A stretch of DNA of 63,605 nt, counting the filler, from Licmophora abbreviata (Eukaryota), in assembly GCA_900291995.1 (NCBI GenBank). It is 13 parts of 13 records of this genome, joined end to end, with 100 filler letters (N's around TTAATTAATTAA, not from the genome) between each part and the next. Parts side by side here need not be neighbours in the genome. Positions count along the whole stretch, not along the records: positions 20,862 to 25,813 come from OLMU01002523.1; positions 25,914 to 37,020 come from OLMU01002527.1; 11 more parts are not named here. One strand, written 5' to 3'. Both the position numbers and the translations under genes were made by a program. Below the pieces are notes generated by a model. It did not search any database. It saw only the letters and a list, made by a program, of their open reading frames with translations, and was not told the DNA's origin. Within the stretch, counting starts at the first letter, position 1; every line of letters starts with the position of its first letter. This document shows positions 23,329-33,463 of this stretch, piece by piece.

Positions 23329-24672
23329 TCAACTGCGCTCAGCTGTCCCTGTTTGATTCTTCCTCGAGCCCACACAGTAGTCGACTTTTATCTTTCCTAC
23401 AGGACAGATGTCAGCTTCCCCTACTTCCGGAACTAAATGCGCAGGCCGTCGCTCTTCGCTAGTCTTTGTCGGTCCACTGTATCCTTGTGAAGGCTGCGGT
23501 GGTTGCAGGACAAACCAGCCCCGTGGCTTTCCGATAGTTTCATCCACGGGAAGCATGGCATCATACAACGCCTCAACGGAGACCCAATAGGGGGCGTACT
23601 TGAAGCGGGCGACATCCAGCACCAATACATGATCCGATTCCTCATGATACGCGGCAATCGGCGAAAAGTGGCCCTCACCCGTCTGCCCCAAGGCTGATCG
23701 CGCAAACGAGACGACCAAGACGCCATGCTCAGCGTTTTCACTCGAAAGAAGAATCCGTCGAATGTCTCGTCGGAATAATGCCACATCCGCCATTCGACGT
23801 TCCTCTGTCGTCGTATTTCCGTCATCGTCATTCATCTTGGGCCGATGCAAAGACATTCGAAGGCCTTGACACTTGCCCAACAGCCCGAATTCGTCAAAGG
23901 TGATTCCTGCTCGTCGCACTCGCTCCATCGGAATACAGCATCGGTTCAACAAGACTTCTTCACTTCCATAGAATCGCCATCCTCCTCGCCATCGCACCAA
24001 GGGATCGACGCCCATTGCATTCAACACCACCAACAGTGTCGTGACACCGCAAAACGCCGGATCCGATTGGTTGGTGAACTGTTCCATCAAGGTCCAGTAG
24101 GATTCGGCAGTCCCACTGTGAAGACACTTCAAGAGCCACTGGCGACCTTTGGCTGACGACAGTGCCACCAAATGCGATGGCAATACGCGCTTGTGTACAG
24201 AGTAGGTGGGTTCCGGAAGAGGCGGGGGTAACGATTGCTGTTTGTCGGATCTGCCGCATGCTGTTCTCCGTGAGTCTTTTTTCGTGAGAACATAGTCATG
24301 CTCGGAAGTTTCAAGCGATTGTAAGTAGGGGCAAGTGCAACTGCTGCAGTGCTTTGGTTCGGAAGACGAATCGTCCACTTTCGAACAAGAGTGTATCTCA
24401 TCGTCATCAAAAGTACCCTCGTTGGGGATCTGGGTCAACGAGGAGAGCGATCTGACGAGTCCCAGGGAGTTCCATTTTGATAAGATTGATTCAACCGAGC
24501 CATAATTAAGAGATCTTCCGTCCTTGATCGTTCGAGAATGCCTGGAACAAGACTCTTGTATTTGCAAAACTGACGGAATGCGCCCCGCCGGCGGTGAAAG
24601 GCTGCCTCGTGCGTTCGAAAGAAGATATCTTTTTCCTACTCTTGCGGATCTTGAAACCATTCTTCGGACCAT
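23329..24672 (-). CDS. PCS: Phytochelatin synthase
   Basis: Papain-like PCS domain with triad 'QSDPAFCG' (Cys), 'GQTGEGHFSP' (His), 'LDVARFKY' (Asp); likely start ATG 24672. Confidence 0.92.
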   Translation of the reverse strand: MVRRMVSRSARVGKRYLLSNARGSLSPPAGRIPSVLQIQESCSRHSRTIKDGRSLNYGSVESILSKWNSLGLVRSLSSLTQIPNEGTFDDDEIHSCSKVDDSSSEPKHCSSCTCPYLQSLETSEHDYVLTKKDSRRTACGRSDKQQSLPPPLPEPTYSVHKRVLPSHLVALSSAKGRQWLLKCLHSGTAESYWTLMEQFTNQSDPAFCGVTTLLVVLNAMGVDPLVRWRGGWRFYGSEEVLLNRCCIPMERVRRAGITFDEFGLLGKCQGLRMSLHRPKMNDDDGNTTTEERRMADVALFRRDIRRILLSSENAEHGVLVVSFARSALGQTGEGHFSPIAAYHEESDHVLVLDVARFKYAPYWVSVEALYDAMLPVDETIGKPRGWFVLQPPQPSQGYSGPTKTSEERRPAHLVPEVGEADICPVGKIKVDYCVGSRKNQTGTAERS

Positions 24673-24953
24673 GGCTGATGGAAGATCACGTCGGGCGAAG
24701 TGGGTCAAGAACAGAGATCTCTGAGCAACGCGACGGCGAGAATGCCATGGTCGATCATAATTTGGAACGAAACAAAAATCTAGCGGGCGATTTCGAGTCG
24801 GACGAGTCAAACCTCGAGGTCTAGATAGACAACAAAACTGGAAGACATCATGTCAACATCGCATCGCACTCATCCACCATGGACAACGAATTGCATTGGG
24901 TCTATGGCCGTTCCTCTTCTCTGGGTTCTTTCTCGTCTGCACACCTCTAAATC

Positions 24954-25813
24954 ATGAGTACTCTTACTGTGTCCAAGGAAGGTGACAATCGCCAGGATCG
25001 GATCGATGCAGAGGTGGCGACACACCTCTTCGAAACTCGTCTGCAGGCACAGCTGGACGCGATGAATGGTCGTCCCATGACGATCGACTTGTCTCGTCGC
25101 GTTTATCTTCCTGAGGGAGCTGAAACCATCGCAAAGCTTTTGAGACCCTACGTTGAGCTCAACAGTGTGGAGCACGTCAATATGAATGAGGTAATCGCCA
25201 CTCTGGAGACCTCGATGGGCCTACGGACCCTGCAAATCTTCAACGACCTCTTCGCATCCAGTCCTCTCGTTTCGCTAAATTTGGACGGCAATGCCCTGGG
25301 CGCCCGCGGTGTTCCGCTTTGTCAAGACATGCTGAAACGTCCGACGTTGCGTGAACTCATGCTCAACGATTGCGGTGTCTCGGAGGAAAGCATGTCTCTC
25401 CTCCACGACTGCCTCGTCAAAGAGGATGGCTCCTGTAACATGGAGAGTATCTGCCTTCATAACAACATGATTGGCGTGGAGGGATCGGTTCTCTTTTCCA
25501 AAATACTCGCTCGCTGTACGAAGCTTCGCAAACTCGACTTCTCCTTCACCCGTCCACGAGCGAAAGGAACTGAAGCTTTGCTGGCCGCTCTTCAAAGCCT
25601 CCAAGAGAACAGTGGCGCGTCGGGTTGCAGCATTCAGCATCTCGATATCGGAGGATTGGTCATCAAAACCACAGCCACCCGCGCATCACTCCAAACCATC
25701 CTTGCTCGATCGCCGCAGCTGACTCATCTCAGCTTGTTTGACTGTGACTTGAAGCGCATGGGGATGAAGTATGTCGCCCAAGGTTTGATCCAGTCGGGAG
25801 CCAGCCTCAAGGA
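24954..25813 (+). CDS. RanGAP-like leucine-rich-repeat protein, 3' truncated by gap
   Basis: RNI-type LRRs; 'LNLDGNALGARGV', 'LRELMLNDCGVSEE', 'HNNMIGVEG' resemble plant-type RanGAP repeats. Confidence 0.65.
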
Positions 25814-25913
25814 NNNNNNNNNNNNNNNNNNNNNNNNNNNNNNNNNNNNNNNNNNNNTTAATTAATTAANNNNNNNNNNNNNNNNNNNNNNNNNNNNNNN
25901 NNNNNNNNNNNNN
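25814..25913. other. Artificial contig linker
   Basis: N44-TTAATTAATTAA-N44. Confidence 0.97.
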
Positions 25914-26010
25914 CCGTACGACCAAACGCACGCTGACATCATCGACGCGGCGCTGCTGATGGCTTGTCCCGAAGCGACCGAGAGGACAAGGACACACCGA
26001 ACGATTGACG

Positions 26011-27159
26011 ATGACGCTTCCCAAAGCGGGCGGCCCCTCGGTGATTGTCGCAGCGGTAGAGGGTGGCGGCACTTCGTTTCGGGTAGCAGTGGCGTCTAGT
26101 TCCAAAAATTCGAGTGACACTCCCTTCCTATTGCATCGCGCTTCGGTCGATTCTAGCCACGATGACCCACACCGAACATTGCACGAATGCGCTGCATTTC
26201 TGCAGCAACACAAACCACTGGGAGGCTATCATGCCCTAGGCGTGGCAACTTTTGGTCCGGCGGGTGTAAATCCTATCAATGAACAAACGTACGGAACGAT
26301 TCTGGCTTCGTCGCCAAAGAAATCCTGGCGCAACGTGGATCTGCTCTCGCCACTCGTTTCGGCCTGTCAGGGACAGACACATCGACTGGCGGTCCGATTT
26401 GAAACCGACGTGAATGCTCCAGCGCTGGCCGAATTTGAAAATGAACGCAACCACTTCTCGAATCCAATTACGTCGCTGGCGTACGTGACTGTCGGGACTG
26501 GTGTGGGCGTCGGTCTCGTGGTGAATTCGTTACCGGTTCATGGTCGCATGCACCCTGAAGGTGGGCACGTTTCCATCCAGGCTCTGGACGATGATCCATT
26601 TGAAGGTTATTCGTGGGGTATTGGAAGTAGTCCATATCGTGGAAAGTGTACAGTCGAAGGCATTACGAGTTCGGTTGCCCTTACCGAACGACTGGCCCAA
26701 CTACAAGGCCAAAAGAACGCAACCGATTTGTCTCGACATGTCCTGTCCGAGTTGCCAGATGACCACGAAGTTTGGGATCACGCTGCCAATGCCCTTGCCA
26801 ATCTTTGCGTGACATTGCTTTTGATGACTTCCGTGGAAAAGATCGTACTTGGCGGTGGCGTGATGAGACGAAGCGGTCTCATGACCAAGATACGAACACG
26901 CACGAAGACTTTATTGAACGGCTACTTGGAACTCCCAGAGGACATGGCGCAACTCATTACCACAAGCACTTGGGGTGACGATGCAGGCCTTGTAGGGGCG
27001 GTGGTACTCGCTCAGAAGGCGTATCAAGATGATCAAGAGTCGGCCCCTGCGAAGACGACTTTTTCGTTCGGTGGCGGCTTTCTTTTCGGTGCAGTGATGG
27101 GTGCCGGACTCGCGGGTTTGGCGGCACTGCTACTGCGTCGAACACCACAACAGTCATGA
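26011..27159 (+). CDS. ROK-family fructokinase with C-terminal transmembrane anchor
   Basis: EGGGT, LGVATFGP, TDVNAPA, YVTVGTGVG, HPEGGH, IVLGGGV motifs; C-terminal 'FLFGAVMGAGLAGLAALLLRR'. Confidence 0.85.
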   Translation: MTLPKAGGPSVIVAAVEGGGTSFRVAVASSSKNSSDTPFLLHRASVDSSHDDPHRTLHECAAFLQQHKPLGGYHALGVATFGPAGVNPINEQTYGTILASSPKKSWRNVDLLSPLVSACQGQTHRLAVRFETDVNAPALAEFENERNHFSNPITSLAYVTVGTGVGVGLVVNSLPVHGRMHPEGGHVSIQALDDDPFEGYSWGIGSSPYRGKCTVEGITSSVALTERLAQLQGQKNATDLSRHVLSELPDDHEVWDHAANALANLCVTLLLMTSVEKIVLGGGVMRRSGLMTKIRTRTKTLLNGYLELPEDMAQLITTSTWGDDAGLVGAVVLAQKAYQDDQESAPAKTTFSFGGGFLFGAVMGAGLAGLAALLLRRTPQQS

Positions 27160-27228
27160 GCACAATAGACTTTGAAATACGAGCTACCATATATTGCAAG
27201 TAGGTATCACGGGAGACCCGATGCACCC

Positions 27229-28095
27229 TCAATAGCCAAGGAAGGGCTTCAGCTGCGTGACGGAGGCGCTCCATATGCACAGTACCGTCGCAAGCAGCCC
27301 CATACTAGACATGACAGTGCGCCGTGTACTCCATAGGCGCTTGCGATTGAAGTGCTCCACCACATATTTGTACGCTGGCCATGTCAACAGACTAGCACCT
27401 GCATGTTTCCATAGGATGTTCCGTGAGATACATAGTCCGACAAATTCTCGAACCCTCCAGGACCCCAGAGTAGCGGATATTGCCTTGATCCAGCCGAGTT
27501 GAGCAGCGGTCACAAAGAAATCTCGCGCATCCCCCAGTCTAGAGACTGGAAAGGCAACCTTCAAAGCCGAAAAAACTGACGACTGTGGCACGCGAGTGAC
27601 AAACACCGCCGAGAAGAGGCTTTCAATCGCACAATACGCCAACACGTAGGCAGGTCCATACGTCCGGACAAAGGCTGCGACGCGAGATTTTCGAGACAAT
27701 GATGCATTGCTTTCCACTGATTCATTGCTGTTAAATCCAGCCGTCCACAATGAGCGCATCAGGAACCAGTCTCCCTCGGGCGTGGCGCTTCTCCTGAAAT
27801 TAGGTCCAAAAGCGCCAAAGTCTTTCTGGCTGAGTTCTTCTGCCTCCTGTTGTTTGATTTTCTGATATTCCTCCTTAGTCAGTCCATCTGGCACATAGGA
27901 AGAGGGAAGCTCTGCTCTGGCATACAACATAACGTGTCTCTTAGAAATACAGAGCGTCGTGGCAGGGCAGAGGCTACTGTGAACGCCGACGACGAGCGTC
28001 GTCGCGGGATGAGTGAACCCATGGCAGTTCGAGCATGTCGTCAAAAGTACTGCGCTGATATACGCACTCAACAGTGATCTCCTCTTCCGTATCAT
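27229..28095 (-). CDS. Hypothetical signal-peptide membrane protein, probably plastid-targeted
   Basis: ATG 28095; signal peptide ending CHG-F; 'YVPDGLTKEEYQKIK' motif; several TM segments. Confidence 0.6.
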   Translation of the reverse strand: MIRKRRSLLSAYISAVLLTTCSNCHGFTHPATTLVVGVHSSLCPATTLCISKRHVMLYARAELPSSYVPDGLTKEEYQKIKQQEAEELSQKDFGAFGPNFRRSATPEGDWFLMRSLWTAGFNSNESVESNASLSRKSRVAAFVRTYGPAYVLAYCAIESLFSAVFVTRVPQSSVFSALKVAFPVSRLGDARDFFVTAAQLGWIKAISATLGSWRVREFVGLCISRNILWKHAGASLLTWPAYKYVVEHFNRKRLWSTRRTVMSSMGLLATVLCIWSASVTQLKPFLGY

Positions 28096-28559
28096 CGTGA
28101 CTGGGCTTGCGCGCCAACCTTCTTGACAAAGGAAGCGACGCTCGAGCACTTGTGCGGGCAACAAAACATGGATTGTGGCAGCGCCGACGAGAAAAAGACC
28201 GCGATAAAGACAACGTCAATTCTTGTTCGTGCGCTTTGACACTTTTGCATGTCGCACTGTGACGTCCTCGCATGACATTTTTGGGTGTTCAGTCACCGTG
28301 TCACCGCTCTCAAGACGATCCATGATGGGAAGAGAAACATACCAGAATGAGAGGCGTGATGTGGAACGAAGCCTAGGCACCGGTCATCAAGCCTCCGTGA
28401 AGACGGCACTGAATGACGATGTCGATGACGAACACGAAATTCGAGATCATGTGACCGAGCAAGATGAAACTAGTAATCAGGAGGCGTGACAATGCGTCAT
28501 CAGATCACCCTCACGCTAGCGCTAAAGTATTATAAGTGCATGTTCGAGAGCACGTGTTC

Positions 28560-29057
28560 TTATTTCTTCTGCTTCTTCTCCTTCGATGGTCCCCCAGAAG
28601 CTTTTCTCTTTCTCGACTCCTGTTTCGTCTTGACCTTCTTTTCACCTTTGTTCTCAGCATCCGCGGACAACGACCCGCTTTGTTTCGATGACGTTGACGC
28701 GTTACTTGCCTTCTTTTCTTCTTTTCCAAGTTTCTCTATATCCACCAAGACTTTTCTCATTTGATTCAGTTCTTGTCGCAGTGGATCATCAGCCTTGCGC
28801 CCTTGATCGAGTCCACGCAACCGAGCTCCCATGTACCGTAGCGTCCCGAGCGACAATGCCACAGCCGCTTGTGCCTGTGCCAGTGTGTGTTTACGACTCG
28901 AGGTAGTAGAATGAGTAGTAGTAGTAGAGGATGCTGCCGTTGTATCGCTACGAGCAATGTCTCGCAGTCGCTGGACAAAAGGTCGAAGGTGGGTGCCAAT
29001 TTCTGTCAAAGCCTTTTGAGTCTGTTGAAGCGCCTCTAGCGCTTCTTCCGTCGCCAT
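28560..29057 (-). CDS. C1D: C1D/Rrp47 (Sas10/Utp3/C1D family) exosome cofactor
   Basis: 'QAQAAVALSLGTLRYMGARLRG...DPLRQELNQMRK' pattern followed by a Lys-rich tail. Confidence 0.65.
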   Translation of the reverse strand: MATEEALEALQQTQKALTEIGTHLRPFVQRLRDIARSDTTAASSTTTTHSTTSSRKHTLAQAQAAVALSLGTLRYMGARLRGLDQGRKADDPLRQELNQMRKVLVDIEKLGKEEKKASNASTSSKQSGSLSADAENKGEKKVKTKQESRKRKASGGPSKEKKQKK

Positions 29058-29436
29058 GTCGGGCCCTTTTTCGCTTTATTTGGTTGTAAGAGGTAGAGAG
29101 AGGTACAGTGTTCCACGACGGGAAGTGTAATGACGGCCGTGTGTGGCAACGACAATAGTGTGTGCGTCTTCGCGATCCTGGTGTCGGCAGCATCATCAGT
29201 CGGCGCAAAAGCGTTTCGAACTCTCGCGCTTGTCATTGGCGAAGAAGGTTTCTGATGGAAATGAATGGTGATGAAGGGAGAAGAGGTTATGGGTCTTTTT
29301 GCGGTCCCGCAATCCGGCGGAGACGGCGCGAGAAGATTGATTCGATTCGACGACTGCATTTAAGTAGGCGACGGGGGTCTTGTTTAGTGTCAGCGTCGAG
29401 GACGACCATACATTCATTTCAAGTCACTCAACGACC

Positions 29437-32400
29437 ATGGGAAAGTGTTGCAGTGAAAATAGTGGCTGCTGTGGAGGAGCAAAAGAAGAATTGAAAGAGA
29501 AGACATGCTGCAGCAGCGCGATTGCGGAAAAGACAACTTCTTGCTGCTCGGGAGATATCCACCAGGAAGGAGACACGACGTGTTGCGACGCGCCTGTCGG
29601 GGATGAAAAGGTCGTCTTTCTTGCTGTGGTTCCAGAGAGTGGGTCGGATGTGATTGTCTTTGATTCCGAAGGAACGCCGCAAGGGTTTTCCCTCGATAAG
29701 GGCGATGCGGGAAAGCTCTGCTTTTCCACGCATGGACATGGCATGGCGGACGAGTTTCTTACTCCTTGCTTTGACGAAGACGGCAGACATGGTGACCCAG
29801 AGGAAGCTTGCTTCTGTGGAAATGAAACTCCCCACTTGCATGCCCACTTTCACGACCCCAGGACTTGTCAAGACGAGCATGATCAAGGCAGCAACACGAA
29901 GAAGACATCGGACGGAGACGATTTCATGTACTTGGCTGGCTTGACACTGCACCCATCAGGAGGAAAGGATGGGGTCAGAGATGGTCTCCTTAATTGGGGC
30001 ATTACGGAGTCGCTTCCTAAGGAGTGCAACTCTAGAGAAATCTCGCGTCATTGGGAGAAACACGGCTCTCGTCGACGCACCAGGAAGACCCGCATGTCCA
30101 AGGTTCAGCACCACGATCATTTCGACTATCTTGTTCACGACTACAGCACTGGAGAATTGCATCTGGAGCACCCTTGTGATGACTGTGGCGACAATGATGT
30201 ACACGGCAAGTTCAACCGTGTCGGTATGCGCCGTTTGCCCAGCGAGTCCACCCAAAAGATGGAACTGCACTTTTTCGAAGTTCCCAGGCGTCGCTTCCAT
30301 ATTCTCGATCATCTCGAGGGTCTTTTTGATCCCAGCGCAGCAGATCGTGTCATGGCGGCTCTTACTCCGACAATCGAAGGACGCGGGCACTGTGGTAGCA
30401 ATGGCAACGGAAAACTATCACCAACCCCCAAGACATCCTGTTGCGACGGTGGGACGTGCAATGCTGTCGCAGATGATGAACTGGAAGAGCATGGGGACCC
30501 AGAGAAAGCTCCTCTCCTTGGGAATGACAAACTGACCCGCTCCCCATATATGAGTGGCGACAGTAAGGTTGACGGCAACGGGACTCGCGTGATGCAAGAG
30601 ACAACGGGACGTTCGCAGCTTCACGTTCAGAGTATCTGCTGTGCTAGTGAAATTCCCATGATCCGCTCCATTGTGTGTCCCATGGATGGAGTTTCTAAGG
30701 TGTCGATCACTGTTACCACCAAGATGGTGTACGTCGAGCACGATATGAGTGTCGTCACGGCGGCCCAGATTCGTGATGGCTTGAATTCGGAACAATTTGG
30801 TGCATCTATCAAACACGACGCGGCAGATGACGTGATCGCTCCGTTGTCGACATTTGTGTGGTCGACTCTCTCCTATCACATGTCTGCCGTGAAAGGCCTC
30901 AATATGGACGCTCTGAAGCAATTCATGGGATCCTATGACTTGTCGCTGCTCGAATCGTTTGTGGTAGACGCACCGTCCAACAAGATCAACATTTTGCACA
31001 ACATAATGGTGCTTCCGCTTCAGACGATTGTGGACAAACTCATGGAGGAGCTTGATATGAAGGTTACAATTGAGATTGATGGTGCAACGAGTACCTTATG
31101 GAACTTTCCGAGACAGGACGAATCGACGGATATTACAGACGAAAAGATTCCCTATCCGAGCATTCCTTCGATTTTCTCTGGTGTTTTTTGGGTTGTATCC
31201 ATGCTTTCGTTCATTGGTGGCAACTGGTGAGTAATGAAAAACTCGTTCATGGTATTTAGTTTGTCGAGGTGTTGGTACTAACACGCATTCGTCATTGTTT
31301 GAAACTGACAGGGAGAATTTCAAGTACGCTGGGCTCTTATCCGCTATGTTCGGTCTCCCACCGATCGGCATGAAGGCGTTTCGTACCCTGCGGCGTTTTC
31401 AGTTTGATACAAATGTGTTGATGTTCACCGCTGCCATAGGCGCTCTTGGGTTACAAGAATACACTGAGGCTGCGGCTGTTACCTTTCTGTTCTCCATTTC
31501 AGAATGGCTGGAGGTCAGGGCGACGTCACGAGCGCGCACTGCGTTGTCCGACATCGTGCATTTGCGCCCCGAGAAGGCGAATCTGATCCACCCCGTGAAC
31601 AAAGAAACAATGGTCGTTCCCGCATCGGTCGTCCCTGTCGGCTCACTTGTGTCCGTCAAGACTGGCGACAAGATCCCTTGTGATGGGGTTGTGGTTGAAG
31701 GCAAATCGACTGTTGACGAGTCGTCTCTCAGCGGAGAATCGCGACCTGTTCGTAAAGGTCCGAGCGACAAAGTGTCGGGAGGCACGATCAACTCGGGTTC
31801 CATGCAGCTCATGGTGCGTACTACGTCCACGGCTGAGAATTCAGCGGTGTCTCGTCTCATTCGTCTCGTCGAGGAAGCTCAGGCGAATCGATCCCCGACT
31901 GAACAACTTGTGGATGAATTCGCCAAGCGTTACACGCCTATTGTCGTGCTTGCTGCAATGTGTATGTGTACTATCCCATGGGCTTTCGGCAGTGACACTG
32001 GGCGCGAGTGGGTGTACAACGGCCTTGTTTTGGTAGTTGTTGCTTGTCCATGTGCGCTCATCATCAGCACACCTGTGACGTATGTCGCAGCTCTGGCGAA
32101 TTGCGCTCAACATGGCATCATGGTAAAAGGAGGGTCTCACCTTGAGGTACGTAATTCACATGCTTGCCTGACTGCGTTTATAACAGATTGTGCCATATTG
32201 CTCACCCGAACACCCAATTGCTCCAGGCGCTTGGTATGGTCAAGCAAATCGCGTTCGACAAGACAGGCACCCTAACACAGGGATCGTTTGACCTTGTTGA
32301 CCTTGAAGTCTCCACTGACTTCTATACACGAGAACAGGTGCTCCAATACCTAGCTGTGGTGGAAGAGCGAGCCTCGCATCCACTCGCGCAAGCAATCATG

Positions 32401-33393
32401 ACCGCTGCGAAGAACGAGAGTGTGTCGGTTCCGAAAACGATGACTGCCACTAGTCACACGCAACTAGCAGGCGAGGGAGTTGCGGCTTCGGTGAATGGTG
32501 CCCAAGTACACATCGGAAACGAGAGACTTTTCCGTCGCCTTGGACTGTTTGATGAGCTGAACGAGGATTCCAAGAGCAAGGCCCGGTACTGGGCTTCTCT
32601 CGGAGGTACTGTTGCCTTCATGTCAGTCGATAACCATGGTATCGTTTGTGCATTCTGCGTTGCAGATGCTGTCCGTCCCGAGGCCGCCTCGGTGGTTAAA
32701 AAACTACATCATCTCGGAATAAAGCCGGTCATGCTCACCGGAGACAACAACGACGCAGCTCTCGCCATGGGCAAACAGGTTGGACTCGCCCCTGATGAGA
32801 TTCGCAGCCAGCTTTTCCCTGAAGACAAGCTGACAATCGTTGGCGAGATGAAAGGAGAACGCTTGGCTAATCGCAGCTCCATCTTCTCTAATCCCTTTCG
32901 TCCCAGCGACCTCGTTCTCATGTGCGGCGACGGAGTGAACGATGCCCCTGCGCTGGCGTTGGCGCATGTTGGTGTCGCAATGGGTGCCGGCGCCGCGTTG
33001 GCACTGGAAACAGCGGATGTGACTCTTTTAGACTCCCAGCTAGACAAACTACTCTACAGCATTCGGATGGGAAAGACCGTGATCGGAAAGATCCGCCAAA
33101 ACATTGTGTTTTCTTTTGCCGTCAAGGTGAATAGGTTCATTGATTGATGCATGTACTTTGCCGTTTGTCGTTGTCCACTAACACTCGACTCTTCTTTTTT
33201 TCAACAATCGGACCAGGCCGTGGTTGTTGGTTTCGCGTTGGCGGGGAATGCTCAACTGTGGGCAGCAATCGTATCCGATGTGGGGGCCATGCTTATTGTA
33301 ACTCTTAACAGCATGACCTTGCTAGGCGACCGAAAAAAGATTGCAGAGCTCAACGCGAGAACGTCTGACGACGAAATTGGTATTATCGCTTGA
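29437..33393 (+). CDS. P1B-2 heavy-metal (Zn/Cd) ATPase, copy 2, with long Cys/His-rich N-terminus (4 exons)
   Basis: Exons 29437-31226, 31312-32146, 32227-33126, 33217-33393. SICCASE, LSGE, VACPCAL, DKTGT, SHPL, GDGVNDAP, TM K and D motifs. Confidence 0.92.
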
Positions 33394-33463
33394 CGGAGAG
33401 TCGCTTGTTGCATTCGGGATTAGCTACATGTCCCACTTATTAATAGCCATTTTTGAATGATCT

